A stretch of 64,000 nucleotides of DNA from Vicugna vicugna (taxonomy: Eukaryota): contig MU057801.1 of the NCBI GenBank assembly GCA_013265495.1, forward strand, positions 2,820,765 to 2,884,764. Direction: 5' to 3'. The notes below the pieces were generated by a model. It saw only the letters and a list, made by a program, of their open reading frames with translations. It made no database searches and was not told the DNA's origin. The translations under genes and the position numbers were made by a program. Every line of letters begins with the position of its first letter. The first letter of the stretch is position 1. Below are positions 41,401-53,162 of this stretch, piece by piece.

Positions 41401-42231
41401 CTCCAGCTGCGCACACACCAGTTCACACCCCATTGCTACACACCAGCACAACCCAAGAGCCACAGAGCCACCTCACCTGCTCTGAAAGCGCCCCACACCC
41501 GACCGAAGGTCACCACTCAGGTGCCAAGCACCATGTCCTAGCCTCCAACCTCCAGCACCCACAGAGGCAGCCCCTTCCCCTCCACTGTGTCTGGTAGGTG
41601 TAAAGTGATGCTTCTTAAAAGGATTATTCTTGGCAAACACGGAGCTTCCACTTCCTAAGCTCAATATGTCCACACTTTCTCCTCCCACTGGCCCAAAAGT
41701 AAAAGTGAAAAAACCCCCAAATTTGGAACACATAAGGTCCAAGTTAACTGAAGGAGACTGTAACACCTCAAAGCCAGCATATAATTCCACAACAACCAAG
41801 GTATGTTAGGATTTTTCAAAGGAAAAAACAGATTTTTTAAAAAAAGTAAAAAGGCCTAATTATTTTTTAAGGCACTACACTTTCCAGTGGTCATCTTTCC
41901 CAAGGACAGCTAACCTCCGAGCCTGCACAAGTGACAAGGCATCTCCAACACGACATCTTCATAATGCTCTCCACATTGTCAGTATTTCTGCCCAACTCAG
42001 CTGAAAAAGAGCCCCAGCCATGCAGCAATCACCTGCGCTCATGAATGCCAGCCCTGGAAAGCAGTGCCCACCTTACAAACATCTTGTGACAGGTAAGGGG
42101 CACAGGGAACTTTCTGGACAACAAAAAGGTTCTGTATTTCCTGAGCTAAACGATGGAGATATAAATACATAAATTACCATGAAAACGAACTCTTACTAAA
42201 ATTAAAGGAAAAATGAACGCACAGCACTTAC

Positions 42232-42356
42232 CGAAGTTCAGGAAAATCAGCTTGGCCTGTATCCCAGGACACAGTTTGACGAGAACTGGAATGGTCAGGT
42301 ACAACCCCACAACACACAGGAGTATCTTCCTCAGTCGGAAGCACAGGCTCTTCCGC
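42232..42356 (-). CDS. ABHD12: ABHD12 exon 2 (transmembrane helix); exon 1 lies beyond the window end
   Basis: ttgcag|G CGG...TTC G|gtaagt; 125 nt; [41 protein letters not shown]. Confidence 0.95.
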
Positions 42357-42949
42357 CTGCAAGAGAAAAGCAGTGAGCAGGTCAGAGGCGCTCGGCTTCT
42401 CTACTTTTATCAACAGCTTTGATCCAACAAGAGTCAGTGATAAGAGCGGCCCCTCCACCTGCTTTTGTCTTTTAATTTGCACCTAAAACTCTACTACAGG
42501 ATAAAATGTCTTTCCTGAAAGCCAAGGAAACAGTCCTGCTGACGTCCTAGTAACCCTTGGGATCCAAACACAGCACAGACGTCAGATCCCCAGAAAGTGC
42601 CCAACTGTTGGTAGGGAGCTGCAACCTCCTCTCAGGAGAGCGGCTGCCTGGGGGCATCTGATGACCCTCTGCTGGCAGGCGCAGGCGCCGGCCACCCGTT
42701 AGCTCCCTGCAGGAAGCACGCGCTACACAGAACCTGCCCAACCAGGTCCTGGGAGGGAGCAGGGGGCTGAGAACAAGACGTGGCCTTCAATGCCTGTTCT
42801 CGCGTTTCCGCCCGCGTTCCCTGCAGAGGCCCTTTCTCTGGGCTCCTCGGGCCAGGTCATCACCCCAGGTCTCCAGACCCTCTTCTAATATATAACCAGC
42901 CCCAAGACTTTCTCATCCTGCTCCCCATCCCCTTTCAAAAAACGTCCCT

Positions 42950-43435
42950 AGTCAAGAGACTCTTAAACTTCTTGGACTAAGGGCCTCTCTACAACTAAAA
43001 AATTAAGCTTCTGTTTATATGGTTTATGTTTATTACAATTTGTTTTATGAGAAGTTAAAAATAGTTTTAATACCTATTATTATCTAATAATAACAATACA
43101 CAACCCATTACATGGTAATATAATTAACATCCGTTATAAAAACATTCTCCAATATGAAAAATTTTAGTGAGGAGACTGGCATTAACATTTTTATAAATTT
43201 CTTTAAGCCAGATAGCTTAATAGAAGACAGATGGATTCTCATTTCTGCATCTGCATTCAATCTGCTACAGAACCATACATTGTGGAGCACCTGGAAATCT
43301 CCTGAAACCCAATGAAAGAACGAAGGTGAAAAAGGCAAACAGCATCTCAGTGTTATCATGAAATAGCTCTGACCTCAAGGACACGGTGAAGGTCCTGGGG
43401 ACCCCACGAGCCTCGAGCACACATGGAAACTGCTG
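42950..43435. mobile_element. hAT-Charlie (Charlie1-like) DNA transposon remnant; boundaries approximate
   Basis: gcttaatagaagacagatggattctcatttctgcatctgcattcaatctg and an AT-rich body resemble the recalled Charlie1 consensus. Confidence 0.55.
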
Positions 43436-44114
43436 CTTTAACTCTGCATACCAAGTCTCAACCTTAATGGGGCTAGTTATTTGGCTCTGGACTGCTTCGA
43501 AAAACAGTATTTAAGATGCTTTAAAAAATGCACCTTGAACTGCTGACACAAGCAACAACACAGAAGAGCCTCAAAAGCATTGCGCTCAGTCAGTCAGACA
43601 GATATATGCAATGACACACTGTGCAATTCCATTCATCTAAAAACCTACAGAAGGCAGAACTACGACAGGGACAAAGGAGCAGAACAGCGGCGGAAATACT
43701 CTGCACCTGGACTGCAGCCGTGGACAAACGGTTGTGCATGTAGGTAAATTTACAGGTAAATAAGACCTCAGTAAAGCTGAAGACAACATGCACACCTAAC
43801 AATGTAATCCACTCACTCCTGGACCAGGCTCATCCAACGGCAGGAAGCAGAGCACCTGGCACCCCTTGGGCAGGGGCCACAGGGCAGCAAAGTGTGCCGC
43901 CCGCACCAGGGCTGCGCTCTCAGCGCCGCGGGGCGGGCAGAGGGCTGTGAGAGAAGCACCTGCTGCAGGGCGATCTGACCTGGTCTGGGTTGCCAGGGAG
44001 GGGCCACTGGGTAGAAACACTAACTCAGGAATACAGGACTTAACTGGATGATGCAGGAGACATTTAAGACAGCATCTTAAATTCCATGCACAATCCCTGT
44101 GTTCAATGAGGAAA

Positions 44115-44295
44115 GGCATATAATACTGTGGTAAAAGTGCTGACTCTGGAGTCAAATAATCTGGTCCAACATCCAACCTGCCACTTACTAGCTGTGCCAT
44201 CTTGGGCAAGATACTTAAACTCTCTGAGACTCGATTTCCTCCCTGGCGGTGGGGACAGACATGCTGCCTCTTCTGTGGGGCTCCTGGGAGGACTA
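44115..44295 (+). mobile_element. MIR SINE remnant
   Basis: MIR core gactctggagtcaaa...ctgccacttactagctgtgccatcttgggcaagatacttaaactctctgag. Confidence 0.8.
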
Positions 44296-44689
44296 CACAC
44301 AACAGTGCAGGGAGAGTGTACACAGGAGGCCCTGGCACCAGGCCCGTGATATTTCAGAGCCGACACCACCATCTTTTTACCCTTCTCAGAGAAAAGCGCA
44401 GGGTCTGCGCACAACGAACGACCTAACGAATGGAAGGCTGGGTGTGATGCAGAGGTCCAAAGGGGCCAAGAAGGATCCAGGGCTTTACTCTGAGAGAAAC
44501 CAGAGAGCCCGTAAGAACTGAAGAGCCTGCCGTCAAACACAGCCACCGACGGCCTGGTGCAGAGCGGGCGCTGGCGTCCTCTGCTCCAGCCGCCCTCGGC
44601 CACGCTTGTGTCCCTCCCACAATGTGCCCACGCGCCCTCTGGCGCCAGCTGTGAGGTGTTCAGGTAGCTTGAGATTTTATCCCTGAAGA

Positions 44690-44900
44690 AAGGGAAGCAA
44701 GTCCACACCAAGACGTGTACAAAACTGTTTGTGGCAGCTTTATTCACAACACCCAGAAACTGAGACGACTCGAATGTCCATCAGTGGGTGAGCAGATAAA
44801 CTTGGTCTGTCCTCAGAATGGAACACTGCACAGCAGCCACAGGAGCCAGCTAAGGACACATGAGCCACGTGGACGAAGCCCAAGGTAACTGTGCCAAGGG
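44690..44900 (+). mobile_element. Old L1 3'-region fragment
   Basis: gcagctttattcacaaca...aatgtccatcagtgggtga...agataaac. Confidence 0.65.
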
Positions 44901-45173
44901 AAAGATGTCGGAAGATGACCGGATCACCAACAGGCGCACCTACCAATGCTCCTGTTTGTTAGCAGAATTAGTATTTTCCCTCCTGTGCTATTTCAGGGTG
45001 ATGCTTCCTCTGTGGACGGTGGCTTTCATCTCTGTGTTTTGAAACAGTGTACACAAGATGAAAACCACCTGCTCCTTATAAAGTTAAAAGAATTATGAAA
45101 AAGGGATAAGGAGAATGGAGGTTATGAACAATGTTTAGGGGAAAAAAATCACTTTCCTCACTTCTTCCTAAGC

Positions 45174-45605
45174 ATAGCCCCCGAGTTTACAATGGTGTGA
45201 AAGCTATACACATTCAGCAGAAACCGCACTTGGAATTTTGACCTTTTCCAGGGACAGTGACATGGGGTGCAACCCTCTTCTCGTGACGCTGGGCAGCGGG
45301 CGCAGTTCCCAGTCAGCCACGTGGTCCAACCTCTGCATGGACACTCACCCTGCTTTTCACTTTCAGAGCCACATTCAAGAAATTACATGAGATATTCAAC
45401 ATTTTATTGTAAAACAGGCTTTGTGTTAGATGGTTTTGCCCAACTGTCAGCTAATCCAAGTGCTGTGTGAGCACCTTTAAGGCCGGCCAGGCTCAGCCAT
45501 GGTGCTCGGTGGTCAGCTTTATCAAATATATCTCTGACTGACGATTTTTACAACTTACGACAGGTTTATCAGTACGTAAGACCGCTGTAAGTCAAGGAGG
45601 ATCTG
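45174..45605. mobile_element. Tigger3/MER7-like TcMar DNA transposon remnant
   Basis: ttacatgagatattcaaca...ggctttgtgttagatg..tttgcccaactgt and terminus gtaagtcaaggaggatctg followed by TA. Confidence 0.75.
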
Positions 45606-46039
45606 TAACTCTCACCTCCTTCTTGTGACAATTTTGTTAGAATTCTCAGGAATTCCCTTGGCTGCAGTCTTCACTGGTCACTGCTCGTAGTTACTAGCCA
45701 GAAGTGTTCGTGGTTCTTGACGGCTTCACTGCAGGAGCGAGCGCTTCCCGCACGGCCAGGGAGGGAGGCACCTTCTCCGTCCAGCACCGCTGCAGCCTGG
45801 TGTTGCCACAGAGGCTTGTCTCTCCACACTCCACACGTCCACGTGCACAGGCACAGCGTTTGCCTGCACAACGATTCAGTGCGCTTTTCTTCAAAGGTTA
45901 CTCATATAATCAGTCCCATAAACAGATCATCAGACTTATTTGCCATGAAATAAAAATGAATTGTAAAAATACATACAATGAATGGACTTACCAGACAGCC
46001 CGGCAGTTGAACGTCCTGGGCATTTAGTCATGAGAATTA

Positions 46040-46660
46040 AAGACTCACTTTCGAGCAGGAACTTACACACAAATGTTTACAGCACCTCTATGCACAACAG
46101 TCTCAAACTGGCAACAACGCAGATGTCGCAACAGGCAAACAGATAAACAAACCATGGACCACTACTCAGCAGCTAAAAGAGATGAACCACCACCCCCGTG
46201 CCAACCTGGGTGAACTTGAGAATTACGCTGAGGGGAAGGTCAATCAATCCCTAAAGGTTATACATCATGAGTCCATTCATGTAACAGTCTTGAAATGATG
46301 AAGTTATAGAGATGGAGAGCAGATTAGTGGTTGTCCAGGTGTAGCAGTGGGATGGGGAAGGCTGGGTGGGTGTAAAGGGTGTCACAGAGAGGCTGGTGTT
46401 GACGGTACAGGTGAGGTCCTGCGATGAAACTGCAGAGCATCTCACACACACACACACACACGCAGTGAGTGCACATAAGTTGGAGAAGCCTGAACAAGCT
46501 AGGCGGACCGCATCAGTGCCAACTTTGGGGGCTTGACTGCACTATAGCAGTGTAAGGTGCTGCCATGGAGGGAGGCTGGGGAGAGGAGCACTGGATGTCC
46601 CTGAACATCTCTGTGCAACGTCCTATGAATCCATAATTACTTCAAAATAAAAAGGTAAAA
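46040..46660 (+). mobile_element. Old L1 (L1MC-like) 3' end with an internal (CA)9 microsatellite at 46443-46460
   Basis: gagatggagagcagattagtggttgtccagg...tcctatgaatccataattacttcaaaataaaaagg. Confidence 0.7.
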
Positions 46661-46787
46661 ATAAACCAAAAAATTGGAAAGTTGCTACATCTAAAACTAT
46701 AGTAAATAAAACATAAGTAGACATTAATAAGTCTGATCAACTTGTTGGATTTCACGTGTTCTCTCCATTTGTCCAACTAAATACACG

Positions 46788-46845
46788 CTCCATTTTCACA
46801 TATGAGGAAACTGAGTCCCAAGGAGCTGACTTGCCCGAGCCTGCA
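46788..46845 (-). mobile_element. MIR core fragment
   Basis: ccattttcacatatgaggaaactgagtcccaag...tgacttgccc. Confidence 0.65.
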
Positions 46846-48282
46846 GGGCAGGCCTGACTGACCTCTGCCCCTGTGCTCCTGTGGGCCTACTGAGGCATCC
46901 CCAGCTCTGCTGACCCCTTCACCCCGGCCTCCCTTTCTGGAGACGAGGCCCAAACTAGAGGCAGGAGGTCCAGAGCACCCACACACAATCTGGGATTTAG
47001 TCTCCTGTGATGATAGATTCTTAGACATTTTTTGGTAAGAGGACTCAAACAAATTACTTGAGAAAAGGACAACTTGTGCAATCTACAACTTCCTGCTGTG
47101 TCCTAGAAGGGCAGACCCAAAGCAAGCCTTGGTAATTAACTGGTTGGTAAGAACTTGAGGTGGAGGCCGAGAGGGAAGGGAGGGGTGAGGAGGTGCCTGG
47201 GAAAGGCCAGAGGGTCGCAGAAGGAAGCCCGGAGCCCTCGGTAGGCATGCGGGTGGCCTCAGGGTGACACTAGCTAGTTCCGCTGTGGCACTAGTGAAAG
47301 ACCAGACAGACAGATCAATGGAACAGAGGAGAGAGCCCAGAAATAGACCCACAAAAGTACAATCAACTGATATTTGACAAAGGAGTAAAAGCAACCCAAT
47401 GGAGTAAACAGTCTCTTCAACAAGAGTGCTGAAACAGCCGGACATCCACGTGCAAAAGATGAATCTAGACGCAGACCCCACATCCTTCACAAAAAATAAC
47501 TCCAAACGGATCATAGAGCTCAGGTAAAATGTGAGACTATGAAACTCCCAGAAGGTAACAGGAGAAAATCTAGGCAATCTTGGGTGTCATGATGACTTTT
47601 TAGCCACAACACCAAAGGCACAATCCATAAAAGAAAGACTTGATAAGTCAGACTTCACTAAAAACAAAAACTTCTGCTCTGTGGAAGACAATACCAAGAG
47701 AACGAGAAGACAAGCCAGAGACTGGGAAAAACTGTTCACGAAACACACACTGGATAAAGGCCTGCTATCCAAAATGTGCAAAGAACTCTAAGAACTCGAC
47801 AATGAGAAAACAGCCCAGTTAAAAAACTGGTGTGAGCCCGAACAGACACCTCGCCAAAGAAGACATACAGACGCAGTAAGCACGTGAAGCGACGCTCCAC
47901 ACGATGTGCCATCGGGGAAATGCGACGTGAAACAACAGCGAGATGCCGCTCCACGCCCATCAGAGCAGCCAAAATCCACAACGCTGCCAGCACTCAGCGC
48001 TGGCAAGGGGGTGGTGCAGCCACTTTGGAAGACAGTTTGGCAGTTTGTTACAAAACTAAACATACTCTTACCATATGATGTAGCAATCATGCCCCTTGGT
48101 ATTTACCCAGATGAGCTGAAAACTTACGTCCAAGTGAAAATCTGCACATGGATGTTTACAGCAGCCTTATTCATAATTGCCAAAATTTGGAAGCAAACAA
48201 GATGTCGTTCAATAGGTGAATGTGTAAATAAACTGTGATGCATCCAAACTATGGAATATTACTCAACAATAGAAAGGAATGA

Positions 48283-48540
48283 AGGGTGAGGGGGGTTGGA
48301 AGGGACAGACTGGGAGTTCGAAATTCGTAGATACTGATAGGCATACGTAGAATAGACAAACAAGACTATACTGTATAGCACAGGGAACTATATACAAGAT
48401 CTTGTGGTAGCTCACAGTGAAAAAAATGTGACAATGAATATATGTATGTTCATGTATAACTGAAAAATTGTGCTCTACACTGGAAATTGACACAACATTG
48501 TAAACTGACTATAACTCAATAAAAAAATGTTAAAAAAAAA
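48283..48540 (+). mobile_element. Short 5'-truncated young L1 (3'UTR plus poly(A)) nested in the older L1
   Basis: Closely matches the 3'UTR of the full-length L1 (about 60330-60562); flanked by the imperfect duplication aaaggaatga / aaaagaatga. Confidence 0.88.
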
Positions 48541-48668
48541 AGAATGAGCTCTGAAGCCATGAAAAGACTTGCAGGAAGCTTAAATGCATATTAGTAAATG
48601 AAAAGACAATCTGAAAAGGTTACATAGCATATGATTACAACTATATGACACCCTAGAAAAGGCAAAAC

Positions 48669-49254
48669 TGTTACCAAACTAGCTTCCTCCTGCCAAATGA
48701 GCAGCACTTCAAAACACTGAGGTGCTGAAGTTTGCAGCAGAGAGGGTTTGCTCTCCAGGTAGCTCTCAAGGTGAGAAGATGGGTGAACAAGTCTCAGGTC
48801 TCCCTCCCTGAAGCCAAGGGGCTCAGGGTACTTACGGGACAAAGAATAAAGCAGCAGGATGGTCTGAGGCATGGGGAGCGTGGGGAAAGGTGATTGGAAG
48901 ATGTGCAGTAATCATCGCTCTGCACAGGTGTAACTAAGCTACAGGCCTCTGCATGTTCAAAAATGGAAGCACTTGGCATGATCTGAGAATGAAATTTTTG
49001 GCCCTCTCATGTCAAAAGGTCACGAAGTGGACAGTGGCACAGGCCCAGCTGGAGGGTCAGTGGTCCTATCCAGTCCTAACCAGCTCAGCCCAAACTATAC
49101 ACAGCTGACTCCAAGCTCCTGGAAAACAACTCAGACAAACAAACATCCTACTGTTTAGACTAAGTGCCCCCTGGAGGACACGGAAGTCCTTTGTGGATGA
49201 CCTTGATCAGTGAAGGCAGGTGAATGGGTTTCACTAATGATTACCCACATTTCA
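48669..49254 (-). mobile_element. Solo LTR (586 bp, ERV1-class) nested in the old L1
   Basis: TG...CA termini; 4-bp TSD AAAC (48665-48668 and 49255-49258); the host L1 rejoins as ggcaaaac|taactgagacagcaaaagg; orientation inferred from a MER41-like ggtaaca end. Confidence 0.8.
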
Positions 49255-51169
49255 AAACTAACTGAGACAGCAAAAGGGTCCGTGGCTACCACGGGTTGGG
49301 GAATGGAGGGATGAGTGGGTGGAGCACAGGGGATTTTTAGGGCGGTGGAAGTATCCTGGACGATACTACATTGGTGGACACAGGTCATTACACATTTGTT
49401 AAGACTCCAGAATGTGCACCAAGAGTGAACCCTAATGTAAACTATGGCCTTTGGGAGAATGGCATGCCACTGCAGGTTCACTGACTGTAATAAATGCACT
49501 ATTGTAGCAGGGAAGTGAGTAGTGGGGAGGTTGTACGTGGGAGCGGGAGACAGACAGAAAATCTCTATACTTTCTGCTCAGTTTTGCTGTGAACCTGAAA
49601 CTGCTCTAAAAAATAAAGTTTAAAATAGTCAATCACACATAAGCAGACAGTTGGGTGGTGGCTCTCGGGGCTGTGGGGAGGAGGAGGCTGGGAGCTCCTA
49701 GCCAGCCGGCAGGAAGGTGCAATTATGCAAGATAACAAGCCCCAGAGCCCCGCTGGACAATGACGTCCCTGCCTCCCGCAACACTGCACCATGCACTCCA
49801 AAACGGATGTGTCCTTACGACTAGGACAAAACGTCTCATGACATTAAGATGAGTGTTTTATGACACGACAAAAAGATAAACTTTAAAAATTGTTTACTTA
49901 TTAAAACAATGAATAACAACAGCGCTCCTTGGAGTTCTGACACGTTTGGGGCCTCAGGAAACCCGAACCCCAGGGTGGGAGGCGAGGGTGGTGCAGGAAC
50001 AGCGAGACAGCACTTAGTGGATTCAGGCAAACGGAACTGAACTTAAATTCCACACTAGGAGCCGCACAGGATGGAAAGAGAAACTAGTCTTGAAAACGCA
50101 AGAGCCCGTGTGTTAGAGATTTTATATCATTATTTCTATCAGAAAGTTCTATGCTTGTACATAATCAAGTTCTGCAGGAGTAACTAAAAGGCAGGTTTTG
50201 TAATCGAGAGGAACAGCGGCATGGTGTTCTCAGCAGAGTTCTCCCTGGAACCCTCTCTCTCCAAGTCCTGAAACAGTCCTCTGTCTGCCTTGAGAACTGC
50301 ACTGGGGTGGCTCCCTGGGGTATGCTCATTTCTCTCTCACCCTGGGAGTTTTTTCTTACATAGGATAGGTAAATTTCCAGATTTCTGATGTTATCTCTTG
50401 ATATGGATATTTACTGATGAAACACATTCATTTAATTTTAATATATGAGAGTTGCGTAAGTTCTGGTAATTAAATTTAATTTCTCAAAATTCTATTTCAA
50501 TCAGTGCTATGGCCAGGAATAAATCTTGTCAGCAAGTCTGAAAATCTTTTTAAAAGGCACTCAGAAAAAAACTTTACAAGTCTGTATCGCATTTGCACAA
50601 TCGGCAAAATGAAAAAAATTTTCACATTTAGAAAAAGTTCATTCAAAAAAATACAAAATTGATGAAGTTATCCAAAAGCTGTTTCTTTAAGAAAAAACAA
50701 GAAATAGACTAATACTTTTTTGGCTAGAAAGAAAATATAAATATACAAAATTAGGGATCAGAAAAGAGATAAATAGAGGTGAAAAGATTTTTTAATAGAG
50801 AATATTATGTTCTTTGTAAGCTAATAAAATTTTTGTAATTCAATGATATAGATCTTTTTGTAAGAAAATATAAATGATGATAATTCATTCAAATTGTCAG
50901 AAAAAAAATAAACAAATAAATCCTATACCCAAAGGAGATACTGGATAAAGCTATCAAAGAATTATGTCCCTAAAGGACACAAGGCCCCTAACTTTCAAGA
51001 AACAGATGTGTATCATATCACACCATCTGTGGCAAAACACAGAAAAGAGAAAATGTTCAAAATCAAAGCTGGTTTTAGTATAATTGAAAGATAGAACCAC
51101 AAAGAAATGACCAATGAATTTCAACTATGAATAAAAATACAAAAATCCTGGTAGTTTAAAAGAAAATCA

Positions 51170-51955
51170 GGAAGGAATATAAAACGGTGCAGCTTCTGTG
51201 GAAAACAGTCTGGCAGTTCCCCCAAAAGTTAAACATAGAATTTCTGTATGGCACAGCAATGCAACTCCCAGGTGTACACCCAAAAGACCTGAAAGCAGTC
51301 TCAAACAAGACACCTGAAGACCAATGTTAACAGCAGCAGCATTACAACAGCCCGAAGGTGGAAACAACCCAAGTGCCCATCAACACGTGAATGGATGAAC
51401 AAGACATGATACACACACAATGGAATACTACTCAGCCATGAAAAGGAATGTACCACATGCTACAACGTGGTTGAACCTTAAACACATGCTAAGTGATGGG
51501 AGGGCATAGCTCAAGTGGTAGAGTGCATGCTTAGCATGCAGGAGGTTCAGAGTTCGTTTCCCAGTAGCTCCTCGAAAAATAAATAAATAAACCTAACTAC
51601 CCCTCCACCACAAAAAATTAAAACAAAATGAAACAAAACATGTTGAGTGAAATAAGCCAGGCATAAAGAGACAAATACTCTCTGATTCCACTTATATGAG
51701 GTACCTAGAATAGGCAAATTCATAGAGAAAGAAAGCAGAACACTATTTAGCAGGGGCTGAGGGGTAGGGTAAGGAGGAGGAGTTAACATCTGCTAGGTAA
51801 CAGAGCTTCTGTTTGGGAAGAGGGAAAAGTTCCTGAAGTCGATAGTGGTAATGAGGCAAAACACTGTGAGTGTGTTTAATGCCACTGAATTGTACACTTA
51901 AAGGTGGTTAAAACAGTACATTGCACGTTAGGTCTATTTTATCTCAATTAAAGAA
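51170..51955 (+). mobile_element. Old L1 (L1MB-like) 3' end hosting a SINE
   Basis: tggaaaacagtctggcagttcc...caatggaatactactcagccatgaaaaggaatg...ttaatgccactgaattgtacacttaaa. Confidence 0.8.
51498..51637 (+). mobile_element. tRNA-Ala-derived SINE (camelid vic-1-like)
   Basis: gggagggcatagctcaagtggtagagtgcatgcttagcatgc head with A box and AGC anticodon loop; decayed B box gagttcgtttcc; (aaat)n and A-rich tail; imperfect TSD acatgctaagtga / acatgttgagtga. Confidence 0.85.
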
Positions 51956-52385
51956 AAATCAAATCCAGGGAACATAACAAAAGATTAACACAATGTGTAC
52001 ACATGCAGATTTACTCCAGGAGCGGAAGGATAAGCCAGGGTAGCAGTCAGAGGACGAGAGAGAGACTCTAAAGGGTTAACAAGTTCAACATGCAGTCCCA
52101 ACAATCACCATGTAGTAAACCAGGACCCAGGGACATTCCCCTAGATGACAACATTCGTACCTATCTCAGAATGGTGATCAAGACGAAGTGGCACTCGGGG
52201 GTAAAACACAAGACCGAGGTAGGATGTTTACCATCATCAACATGACTCAACACTATCCTGGAAGTGTAAGTTAAAATAATAAAGCGAGAGAAAATACAAA
52301 ACAACTATTAAAAATGAAAGAGAAAAATAGGAGTTAATTGTCTATATAAAAAAATCCAAGAGACTCAACTGAAAAGCTATAAAAC

Positions 52386-52423
52386 AAATAATAATAACAA
52401 TGATGATGATGATGATAATAATG
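52386..52423 (+). repeat. Compound (AAT)n/(GAT)n trinucleotide microsatellite
   Basis: aaataataataacaatgatgatgatgatgataataatg. Confidence 0.8.
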
Positions 52424-52590
52424 TTTAAGAAAGTGACCAGTTGCCAAATAGATGCCAATACTTTTCCTACATACCAGGATTTAAAAATTAAAGCATGCAT
52501 TGGGAAAAGGTCTATATCACAATAGGAAAACATTTTTTTAATTTCCCAAGAATCACCTTAACAAGAAATGAGAAAACAGGGGCAGAGGGC

Positions 52591-52599
52591 CAAGATGGC
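52591..52599 (+). promoter_or_regulatory. YY1-type motif at the start of the L1 internal promoter
   Basis: CAAGATGGC about 13 nt inside the L1 5' end, the position expected for mammalian L1 promoters. Confidence 0.65.
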
Positions 52600-53124
52600 A
52601 GAGTAGAAGGACGCTTGTAGCTCACCCTCTCCCACAAATACACCAAAACTCACACCTATGGACCCACCCAGCCAACCAGAGCACCTGCTGAACTCCAACA
52701 GAACATCCCCCTCTTCAAAAGACAAAGACGCCACGAATGTGGTAGGAGAAAAGGCAAAAAGAAGAAAAAGCAAAACAGTGCGGGACTAGTCCCGTGGGGA
52801 GGGAGTAGCAAAGGAGGAATGGCACTCATTCGCTGGTTCTCCCCTTCTCCAACAGAGAGTCCAGTGAGACAGAGGGGGAGCCTCCGAGGCTCAGATCTGT
52901 ACAGAGCACCCCTTGACCAACAGAACCAACTTAAATAGGCACAGAGGGTCCCTGCGACACCCAGACCGAGATGCGAGCCAACAGCTGGGGGACAGGACAG
53001 GCTGCCCGAGCCAGGCATAGGACTGGGGCGGCTGCACTGATGTAGCCCCAGGGGACTGCAGCGGGCTGCACGCCGTGGCTGGGAGGGGACACAGAGCAGA
53101 ACAACCTGGGCCCCCCATAAATTA

Positions 53125-53162
<38 letters not shown>

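Larger units (their letters stand above)
47290..49625 (+). mobile_element. Old L1 (L1MB-like) ORF2 3' part and 3'UTR, interrupted by a young L1 tail and a solo LTR
   Basis: [22 protein letters not shown]...WMFTAALFIIAKIWKQ; 3' end tgtgaacctgaaactgctctaaaaaataaagtt. Confidence 0.85.

Noticed and set aside
51498..51575. Apparent tRNA-Ala gene
   Set aside because: Decayed B box and acceptor stem, A-rich tail and TSD show it is a SINE
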